DNA from: an uncultured cyanobacterium
GTDB taxonomy: Bacteria; Cyanobacteriota; Cyanobacteriia; CAKZMO01
Length of the DNA stretch: 64,000 bases
Direction of reading: 5' to 3'
Assembly (NCBI GenBank): GCA_963719515.1
Contig: CAVRCJ010000010.1
Coordinates: 736,001-800,000, forward strand
Shown here: in pieces, positions 56,986 to 64,000 of the stretch
Layout: every line of letters begins with the position of its first letter
Numbering within the stretch: the first letter of the stretch is position 1
Notes under the pieces: model-generated
Told to the model about the DNA's origin: nothing
Databases searched by the model: none
Seen by the model: the letters and a program-made list of their open reading frames with translations, nothing else
Position numbers and translations under genes: made by a program

Positions 56986-57468
56986 TTAGATCGGGGAATT
57001 GATCAGGCCTGGATGGTCTTTAGGGCGAGGGCCAGGGGCAGGCCAGTCGAAGCGGCAGTCTTCCGGCTTGATGGGCAGATCGTTGATGCTGGCTTCGCGC
57101 CGCCGCATGAGGCCAGCCTCGTCAAACTCCCAGTTTTCATTGCCGTAGGCCCGGTACCACTGACCCGCATCGTCATGCCACTCGTACTGAAACCGCACGG
57201 CGATGCGGTTTTCGCTAAAGGCCCACATCTCTTTCACCAAGCGGTAGTCCAGCTCTTTGTCCCACTTGCGCCGTAGAAACGCTCTGATGGTCTCTCGGCC
57301 TTGAAAGACCTCGGCTCGGTTGCGCCAGTGGCTGTCTTCGGTGTAGGCCAGGGCAACCCGGTCGGGGTCACGGCTGTTCCAGGCGTCTTCCGCCATGCGG
57401 ACTTTGGCGATCGCAATGTCGCGGTCGAAGGGGGGAACTAATGCTGCCACGGTTTGAGTCTCCTGCAA
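56986..57468 (-). CDS. DUF1348 (NTF2/SnoaL-like) protein
   Basis: [29 protein letters not shown]. Confidence 0.9.
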   Translation of the reverse strand: MQETQTVAALVPPFDRDIAIAKVRMAEDAWNSRDPDRVALAYTEDSHWRNRAEVFQGRETIRAFLRRKWDKELDYRLVKEMWAFSENRIAVRFQYEWHDDAGQWYRAYGNENWEFDEAGLMRRREASINDLPIKPEDCRFDWPAPGPRPKDHPGLINSPI

Positions 57469-57547
57469 CGTTTGGAAAATCGGTTAGACAAAAGGAAAGG
57501 CCGTCAACAGTGCGTCAACAGCCCAAACAACCCAGGTTCAAATCTGA

Positions 57548-58204
57548 TTAGCCTAAGACAACGCCGGATAGGAAGGCGGCGCCGATGCCCGCTAGGGCGA
57601 AGCCTGCAAAGCGGAGGCTGAGGGCGTGCTTACCGGAGGTCAAACGGCTAGCTATCTGGTAAGTCCCGAGGGCGATCGCCAGCTGAACCGCCGCGAAGCC
57701 CAGTAGATAGGCCAGCAGGGGCGTCATTTCAGCGCCGACCACGGCTTCTCCATAGGCGTAGCCGTGGAATACCCCGGCAAGGGCGGCCAGTGCCGCGACG
57801 ACGCTTGTTTGAGGCCGATTCTTCAGCGCTAGGATGCCGCCAAACAGCAGCACCGAGGCCGAAATCGTAAGCTCAGGGGCGGGTAAATTCGTTCCTATCA
57901 GATGCAGCCCGGTGCCGGCGAGGGAAGCTAGCACAAATCCAATGGGAATCGCTAGTCCTCTACCCACCGCCGCCGCTAGCAGCCCAGAGGCAACCACAAA
58001 CGCCAGGTGGTCTAGCCCAATGACGGGATGTCCCATCCCCGACAGGAAACCCTCTATCGCGCTAGAGGGCGTCTGACCGCCAAAGGGGTGGTGCGCTAGG
58101 GCGGGGGTGGCAAACAGAAGTCCAGCGGCGGCAACTAGGCCAACGCCGCCAACGCGGGCAGCCATCGGTCCTAGCTTTTGATCAGTCAATCGCAAACGTA
58201 ACAT
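57548..58204 (-). CDS. HupE/UreJ family metal permease
   Basis: ALAHH, HPVIGLDH, FHGYAYG. Confidence 0.9.
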   Translation of the reverse strand: MLRLRLTDQKLGPMAARVGGVGLVAAAGLLFATPALAHHPFGGQTPSSAIEGFLSGMGHPVIGLDHLAFVVASGLLAAAVGRGLAIPIGFVLASLAGTGLHLIGTNLPAPELTISASVLLFGGILALKNRPQTSVVAALAALAGVFHGYAYGEAVVGAEMTPLLAYLLGFAAVQLAIALGTYQIASRLTSGKHALSLRFAGFALAGIGAAFLSGVVLG

Positions 58205-58253
58205 GGGCGTCCTCTCAGCAGATGAATGGAAACAGCGATTCGGTCCTTGTGGA

Positions 58254-58694
58254 TTACCACTTCTTATAGGGCAAGAATTTACCACACATAATGATCTTGA
58301 CGCGATCGCCTTTGGGATCTTCCTCTCGCTCCACGTCGACAGAGAAGTCGATGGCGCTCATAATGCCGTCGCCAAATTTCTCGTGGACGACGGCTTTGAT
58401 GGGCATGCCATAGACCTGCATGATTTCGTAGAAGCGGTAGATCAGCGGGTCGGTAGGGATGACGGGGTCCAAGGAGCCCTTCATGGGGCACTCGGTGAGC
58501 GGCTCGATTAGCGAGGCATCCGCGCCGATGGCTTCGACGATTTTGGTGGCTTCTTCCTGTGAGGCACTGGCCTGGCGGTAGACGACGGAGGCAATCCAGA
58601 CTTCGTCGCAGCCCACTTTGGCTTCGAGGTCGGCAAAGGTAACTCCGGCGGCTTTCTTAGCGGCTAGGAGCTTTTCGGTGACGTCTGATGGCAT
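58254..58694 (-). CDS. cynS: Cyanase
   Basis: [30 protein letters not shown]. Confidence 0.97.
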   Translation of the reverse strand: MPSDVTEKLLAAKKAAGVTFADLEAKVGCDEVWIASVVYRQASASQEEATKIVEAIGADASLIEPLTECPMKGSLDPVIPTDPLIYRFYEIMQVYGMPIKAVVHEKFGDGIMSAIDFSVDVEREEDPKGDRVKIIMCGKFLPYKKW

Positions 58695-58773
58695 AGGTTT
58701 AATCCTCACTTTTGATGGTCTAGATTCGATAAAACTTGTGTGCAGGAACACGACTGCTGTCGAGTTGAGCGGA

Positions 58774-58824
58774 GGGATCCCCCACCGCCCCCCTTAATAA
58801 GGGGGGTGCCGGAGGCGGGGGGAT
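58774..58824. repeat. Intergenic G/C hairpin repeat
   Basis: CCCCCCTT-AAT-AAGGGGGG nested in ATCCCCC…GGGGGAT. Confidence 0.55.
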
Positions 58825-58874
58825 TACAAGACGGACAAGGAATAATTCACAGAATCGTATAGGTCCCGCGACGA

Positions 58875-59756
58875 TCACCCCCGCCCAACGCGAGCCGCCT
58901 CCACCGCCCTCGTCTCCCGGAACAGGTGACTCTCCATCTCCGCCCTCAGCCCGTCATAGGCCGGGTGCTGCTTAATGCTCTCGCGATCGCGGGGTCTGGG
59001 GAAAGGCACCTCTAGGATTTCATCCACCCGCGCCGCCGGTCCCCGGGTCATCATCACGATCCGGTCCGACAGCAGCAGGGCCTCGTCGATGCTGTGGGTA
59101 ATCATGATTACGGTTTTGCGCTGCTGTTCCCAGATGCGCTCGATTTCCTCCTGCAGAAATCCCCGGGTCAGGGCGTCCAGCGCCCCAAAGGGCTCATCCA
59201 TCAGCAAGATCTGCGGGTCGATGGCCAGGGCGCGGGCAATGCCCACCCGCTGCCGCATGCCGCCAGATAGCTCGTGGGGGTGCTTGCGCTCGGCCCCTTC
59301 TAGGCCCACCAGCTGGATATTTTCCTTAATCAGCCGCTTCATGCCCTTGCCTGACAGCTTGGGGTGCACCGTCTCCACCGCAAAGCGGATATTTTCCTCT
59401 ACCGTCATCCAGGGCATGAGAGCATAGTTTTGAAACACCATGCCCCGATCAGGGCCAGGGCCGGTGATGGGAGTGCCGTTGAACAGAATTTCGCCGCTGG
59501 TGATGGGCATCAGCCCCGCGACCATGCTCAGCAGCGTCGACTTACCGCAGCCCGAAGGACCAATAATGGTCACAAAGGTGTTGGGCTCGATCTCCATACT
59601 GATGTCTTCGATGGCGGTGAAGTCGCGGCTCGACTTGCCGGAGAGCTTATCTAAAAAGCCACGCTTACCGGTGAAGGTTTTCGTCACGCTGCGGATGGAG
59701 AGCTGAGACGATGGGTTTTGCTCAAAGGCTTGGTCAGTGGAAGTGACGCCATTCAT
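58875..59756 (-). CDS. cynD: Cyanate/nitrate-type ABC transporter ATP-binding protein
   Basis: GPSGCGKST, LSGGMRQR, MDEPF; adjacent to cynS; ATG 59756. Confidence 0.85.
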   Translation of the reverse strand: MNGVTSTDQAFEQNPSSQLSIRSVTKTFTGKRGFLDKLSGKSSRDFTAIEDISMEIEPNTFVTIIGPSGCGKSTLLSMVAGLMPITSGEILFNGTPITGPGPDRGMVFQNYALMPWMTVEENIRFAVETVHPKLSGKGMKRLIKENIQLVGLEGAERKHPHELSGGMRQRVGIARALAIDPQILLMDEPFGALDALTRGFLQEEIERIWEQQRKTVIMITHSIDEALLLSDRIVMMTRGPAARVDEILEVPFPRPRDRESIKQHPAYDGLRAEMESHLFRETRAVEAARVGRG

Positions 59757-59767
59757 GGATGCTAAAT

Positions 59768-60601
59768 TCACGAGTTCCGACCAAACGCAACAACTTTTTC
59801 CAACACGGCAAAGAGGGTGTCTAAAATCAGTCCAACTAGACCAATGATGAAGATTGCCACCAGAATATTGGGGACAGAGAGGTTGTTCCACTCGTTCCAA
59901 ATAAAGTAGCCTAACCCCGTACCCAGAAGCATTTCCGCCGCCACAATCACCAGCCAGGCAATGCCCATGCTGATGCGCAGGCCCGACACGATACTGGGCA
60001 GGGCAGCCGGGATAATTACCTTGAAGATAGTGCGCAGGCGAGAGGCTCCTAAGGTGTTGGCGACATCTAGGTAGTCCTTGTCCACATTGGCCACGCCGAA
60101 GGCGGTGTTGATCAAAGTGGGCCAAATACTAGAGATGAAGATGATAAATACCCCGGTTTGCTCTGAGTCCCGCAGGATGTACAGACCTAACGGGAGCCAC
60201 GCCAGGGGAGAAACCGGCTTCAGCAGCTGGATATAGGGGTTGAACCCTTTCCGGGCAACGGGGGACATGCCGATCAAAATACCGAGGGGAACCGCTACGA
60301 CTGAGGCCAAGATGTAGCCGATCGCCACCCGCCGCAGACTAATCAACAGATTCCAGCCAATGCCCAAGTCGTTGGGACCGTTGTCGAAAAAGGGATGGGT
60401 AATCCACCACCAAAACTCCTTGAGGGTTTCGCTAGCGGTGGGCATCCCCTTGGAGAACCAGCCTGAGCGGGCCCCAATCTCCCAAAATCCCAAGAAGAGG
60501 ACCAGCGATAGGACGAATAGCCCAGCGGCCTTAACGTTTTCGTTGAGCCAGGGAGACTCGCCCTTTTCTTTGGTTAGCGGCGCTGCGCTTGTGACTGCCA
60601 T
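59768..60601 (-). CDS. cynB: Cyanate/nitrate-type ABC permease
   Basis: GPNDLGIG, PVSPLAWLP, WLVIVAAEM. Confidence 0.85.
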   Translation of the reverse strand: MAVTSAAPLTKEKGESPWLNENVKAAGLFVLSLVLFLGFWEIGARSGWFSKGMPTASETLKEFWWWITHPFFDNGPNDLGIGWNLLISLRRVAIGYILASVVAVPLGILIGMSPVARKGFNPYIQLLKPVSPLAWLPLGLYILRDSEQTGVFIIFISSIWPTLINTAFGVANVDKDYLDVANTLGASRLRTIFKVIIPAALPSIVSGLRISMGIAWLVIVAAEMLLGTGLGYFIWNEWNNLSVPNILVAIFIIGLVGLILDTLFAVLEKVVAFGRNS

Positions 60602-60610
60602 ATTGACTCC

Positions 60611-62260
60611 CTACACGCCGTACTCTTCAATTTGCTTATCGACATACTCGCCCGGCGTCTCGGGGTCGAAGGTGTCAAATTTGAGGTCTTCGCTGCGGTA
60701 GATCTCGTCGGGCGGGGTTTGGCCCAGCTCTTCGGCTAGCTCGCGGGCGATGTCCGTCAAGAAGATCTCTTGCCCCACCTCGTCGTAGCCCTTCTCGGGA
60801 ATAATCTCCTCTGACTTGCCGTCCCCCTGCAGGTCCCAGCGGACGAGCTGCGAGGAAATCCAGTTGGCGAAGCTCTGCCAGGGGTAGGGGTCGAAGTCGA
60901 TGCGGTCAGGCACCTCTAAGGTGTTGCCCTGGCCGTCGTCGAAGTTGCCGGTGAGCACCGCTTCTACGACTTCCACAGGCTGGTTCAAAAAGGCCCGCTC
61001 GGAGATCGCCTTGGCAATCTCGGGTCGGTTAGCCGGGTCGCGGGCGTAGCCTGCCGCCTCGATGATGGACTTGTTCAGCGCCCTAAAGGTGTTGGGGTTG
61101 TCGCTGATCCACTGGTCGCTGGCGGCAAAGGCGCAGCAGGGGTGTCCTGGCCACAGTTCCTTGGTAATTAGGTGGATAAAGCCTTCGCCTTCGTACACGG
61201 CTCGCTGGTTGAAGGGGTCGGGCATCAGGTAGGCGTCGATGTCTCCGGCGACCATCTGAGCGATACTGTCCGGCGGCGGCACGGGACGAATCTGCACGTC
61301 CACGTCGGGGTCCAGGCCGCCTGTCGCTAGGTAGTAGCGCAGCAGCAGGTTGTGCATGGAGTAGGGGAAGGGCACGCCCATGACAAAGCCCTTGAAGTCG
61401 GCGGGCCCGTTCACCTTACCCTTGTGGCGGTTGGCGACGGTGATCGCCTGGCCGTTGATGTTTTCGATACTGGCCAGCTTGACGCCAAAGGCGGCAGAAC
61501 CCAGGCCTAGGGTCATGGCGATGGGCATGGGGGCGAGCATATGGTAGGCGTCCAGCTCCCCAGCGATCGCCGAATCTCGCACCGCGCCCCAGCTGGGCAT
61601 CTTCACCACCTCGGCGTTGAAGCCGTACTTTTTGTAGAAGCCCAAAGGCTCAGACATAATGATCGGCGTAGCGCAGGTGATGGGAATAAAGCCAATCCGC
61701 AGGTCGGTTTTCTCTAGATCCCCGGTGGAAACCGGGTCGCCGCCCACCTCCGCCGCCGGGTCTTCGCTACCGCCGCCGCAGCTTGCCAAGCTCACCAGCG
61801 CCGCCCCTACCGCTAGGTTACGCAGAAACTCACGCCGGGTGTGCTGGCCGTTGCGGATGGAGTCGGCAAAGAACAGACCGGCCTGGGGTCCAAAGGAGGC
61901 GGCAAAGGCGTTCTCCAACCCGCCTGCCTGCTTACAGAGGTCTAAAATCAGCTTCTCGCGCTTGGGGCTGCCCCGGCCCACGGTTTTGAGGAACAGCGCC
62001 TTGCGCAGCTCATAGGTGTTGACGGTGTCGGCGGCGCGCAGCTGGTTGTCCTTGTACAGCCCCATCTTCACCAAGTCATCCACCATGTCCACCGGGTCTT
62101 GGGGCATGGTCTGCATGAACTCCCAGTGGTCGCGGGTGAAGTGGGTGCCACCACAGATGACGCACTTGAGCTGCAGGTCGGAAAGCTCACCGCGATCGCA
62201 GTCGAGATTCTCCCACCGCTGCGCTGACTTGGCCGTAAAATCTGTTGCTGTAAAAACCAT
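60611..62260 (-). CDS. cynA: CmpA/NrtA-family substrate-binding protein (cyanate) with N-terminal extension
   Basis: GFIPITCATP, YSMHNLLLRYYLA, HPCC, RIDFDPYPW; internal TRREFL…LASC signal. Confidence 0.85.
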   Translation of the reverse strand: MVFTATDFTAKSAQRWENLDCDRGELSDLQLKCVICGGTHFTRDHWEFMQTMPQDPVDMVDDLVKMGLYKDNQLRAADTVNTYELRKALFLKTVGRGSPKREKLILDLCKQAGGLENAFAASFGPQAGLFFADSIRNGQHTRREFLRNLAVGAALVSLASCGGGSEDPAAEVGGDPVSTGDLEKTDLRIGFIPITCATPIIMSEPLGFYKKYGFNAEVVKMPSWGAVRDSAIAGELDAYHMLAPMPIAMTLGLGSAAFGVKLASIENINGQAITVANRHKGKVNGPADFKGFVMGVPFPYSMHNLLLRYYLATGGLDPDVDVQIRPVPPPDSIAQMVAGDIDAYLMPDPFNQRAVYEGEGFIHLITKELWPGHPCCAFAASDQWISDNPNTFRALNKSIIEAAGYARDPANRPEIAKAISERAFLNQPVEVVEAVLTGNFDDGQGNTLEVPDRIDFDPYPWQSFANWISSQLVRWDLQGDGKSEEIIPEKGYDEVGQEIFLTDIARELAEELGQTPPDEIYRSEDLKFDTFDPETPGEYVDKQIEEYGV

Positions 62261-62537
62261 AGTTTCTGTTACCTGTAGCAAGTGTCCTGATGCCTGTAGG
62301 ACATCTGCGCGTCCTATCGCCTACGTAATCTAAATGCTCTAAATCTATAAATGTTGGTCTAAGCGGTAGCACCAACGCAATCGGCCCGCTGTGCAAGCCT
62401 GACTCTGCCGATAGCCTTCGAGCTAGTAAGCGTATTGCTCTGTAAGTTACCAAAGATCAGAGAATGCTGCATTGGATCATTTTTAGAATCTGAATGGGAC
62501 TTTCTTTGGCAGTTGTTTTTTCGGGCAAAATCGAGGG

Positions 62538-63341
62538 CTAATTCGTTAACTTTGCTACAGATTCCTGCCGCCACGCCTGGGGAGAGACGCCGTGGAACTT
62601 ACGAAACTGCCGCGTAAAGTATCCAGCGTCGGTGTAGCCCGAGGACTCGGCCACCTGCCGGATGCTCTGGGCCGTCTCAATCAGTAGGCTTCTCGCCTGA
62701 GCCATGCGCCGCTCAATAATCCAGCGCTTCACGGTGCAGCCCGTGTGGGCCTGCACCAGGCTGGTGAGGTAGGCCGGAGAATAGCCTGCGTCCTGGGCCA
62801 CGTCGCTGAGATGGATAGGCTGGCGGTAGTGGCTTTCGATGAAGCGGAACACGGTGGCTAACTTGGGACAGTCTGGGAAAATGGCGCTGGGCTGGGGCGG
62901 CTTAGCTCGTTTGTCATTTCTCTCGGGGCGGCTGGCGATCGCCCCCGGCCCGTGGTAAAAGCGAGAGAGCTCTTCCCGGCGCTTCAGCCGGACGCTGATG
63001 GTGGTCAAGAACTGCTCTATCGTGCAGGGCTTAGTGAGGTAGTCATCGGCCCCCAATTCCATACCCCGCCGCAAATCCGCCATGGTCACCTTGGCGGTCA
63101 AGAAAATCAGCGGAATCGCCGCCGTGGTTGGGGAGCGGCGCAGCGCCGAGAGCACCGAGTAGCCATCGATGTCGGGCATCATAATGTCGCAGACTACCAG
63201 GTCAGGGCGCTGGGATTGGGCGATCGCCACCCCTTCACCGCCGTTGCTGGCCCCTAAAGCCTGAAAGCCCTCAAGCTTTAGGCACTTCAGGAAGATACTG
63301 CGGGTTTGAGCCTCATCTTCGATGACTAAGACTGTCTTCAT
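62538..63341 (-). CDS. Response regulator, REC + AraC HTH
   Basis: VIEDE, CDIMMP, FLTAK, TKP; YSPAYL…GYTDAGYFTRQF. Confidence 0.92.
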   Translation of the reverse strand: MKTVLVIEDEAQTRSIFLKCLKLEGFQALGASNGGEGVAIAQSQRPDLVVCDIMMPDIDGYSVLSALRRSPTTAAIPLIFLTAKVTMADLRRGMELGADDYLTKPCTIEQFLTTISVRLKRREELSRFYHGPGAIASRPERNDKRAKPPQPSAIFPDCPKLATVFRFIESHYRQPIHLSDVAQDAGYSPAYLTSLVQAHTGCTVKRWIIERRMAQARSLLIETAQSIRQVAESSGYTDAGYFTRQFRKFHGVSPQAWRQESVAKLTN

Positions 63342-63542
63342 GGGATAGAGAACTGCTGCAAAGTTGGGGGATTGGGATTAGGGATGGGGGCTGAATTGTA
63401 AGCGGGACGATGATAGGCGTTTTGTTTGGTCAAATAGGGACTATCCTGGCGACTTAGCCCTGCCTCTCTACCTTTAGTAGTTGCTAAAGGGTATTTTTGT
63501 GGTGTAGTTCAATACTGTTTCTGTAGTCTATAGGCGCAGCGA

Positions 63543-64000
63543 ATGGCGCACAGCCCAGCCCCATCACAGTCGCCCGACCAAGCCCTAGAACAGCTGCGGC
63601 GGCAGCACCAGCTCATTCTCAACGCCGTTGGGGAAGGGGTCTACGGGTTAGACCTTGAGGGCAACGTCACCTTCGTCAACCCGGCGGCGGCGGCGATGAT
63701 CGACTGGCCGATGGACGAGCTGATTGGCAAGTCCATGCACAAAGTGCTGCACCATTCCCACGACGACAGCACCCCCTACCCCCGAGAGGACTGCCCCATT
63801 TACGCGGCGTTTCAGGACGGCAGTGTACGCCGGGTGACGGACGAAGTGTTTTGGCGCAAGGACGGCACTAGCTTTCCGGTGGAGTATATCAGCACACCGA
63901 TGCACGACGAGGTGGGACAGCTGATTGGCGCGGTGGTCACCTTTCGGGATATCACTCAGCGGCGCTGGGCCGAGCGGGTGCGGCAGCGGGCCAACGAAGA
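63543..64000 (+). CDS. PAS-domain sensor protein (probable histidine kinase), truncated at window end
   Basis: MAHSPAP…LILNAVGEGVYGLD…FVNPAA…HHSH…CPIYAAFQDG…EVFWRKDG…FRDIT; not in ORF track. Confidence 0.85.
   Translation, partial: MAHSPAPSQSPDQALEQLRRQHQLILNAVGEGVYGLDLEGNVTFVNPAAAAMIDWPMDELIGKSMHKVLHHSHDDSTPYPREDCPIYAAFQDGSVRRVTDEVFWRKDGTSFPVEYISTPMHDEVGQLIGAVVTFRDITQRRWAERVRQRANE

Noticed and set aside
59757..60125. N-terminal extension of the ABC ATPase in the ORF track
   Set aside because: It overlaps cynB out of frame; ATG 59756 fits better
58875..62260. nrtABCD or cmpABCD
   Set aside because: Only one short ATPase is present, the genes directly precede cynS, and no nirA/narB lies nearby
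255..63905. Numerous short antisense or overlapping ORFs in the track
   Set aside because: Shadow frames of GC-rich genes with no motifs of their own

Overview
Cyanobacterial chromosomal window of moderately high GC. The HIP1 octamer GCGATCGC is abundant and psbX and ycf66 are present. Contents from left to right: (1) The tail of a probable conflict locus: a SAV_2336-type vWA protein with an AT-rich swapped C-terminus, and a caspase with RHIM-like tail motifs. (2) An FHA-MscS-Ser/Thr kinase operon. (3) A ~30 kb nitrogen-scavenging region (9.8-40 kb) with a GntR regulator, desaturase-like and MetX-like enzymes, aldehyde and alcohol dehydrogenases, three glutamine-synthetase-like ligases, a class I amidotransferase, an Amt transporter, a TMAO-demethylase-like protein, a copper amine oxidase, an acyl-CoA dehydrogenase, a PhyH dioxygenase and an acetamidase. 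Its promoters share NtcA boxes paired with a palindromic operator. It is interrupted by a Uma2-rich island carrying an AT-rich two-gene cassette. (4) A TnpB-only IS element, a tRNA-Ala whose 5' region is tandemly triplicated at its HIP1 site, housekeeping genes (gcvHT, amidase, psbX, ycf66, mutM) and a protein-free IS200/IS605-type element. (5) A cyanate cluster (cynABD-cynS) with a REC-AraC regulator and a divergent PAS sensor truncated by the window edge. All family assignments come from motif recognition, not database searches. Four genes show single-base frameshifts that may be sequencing errors.
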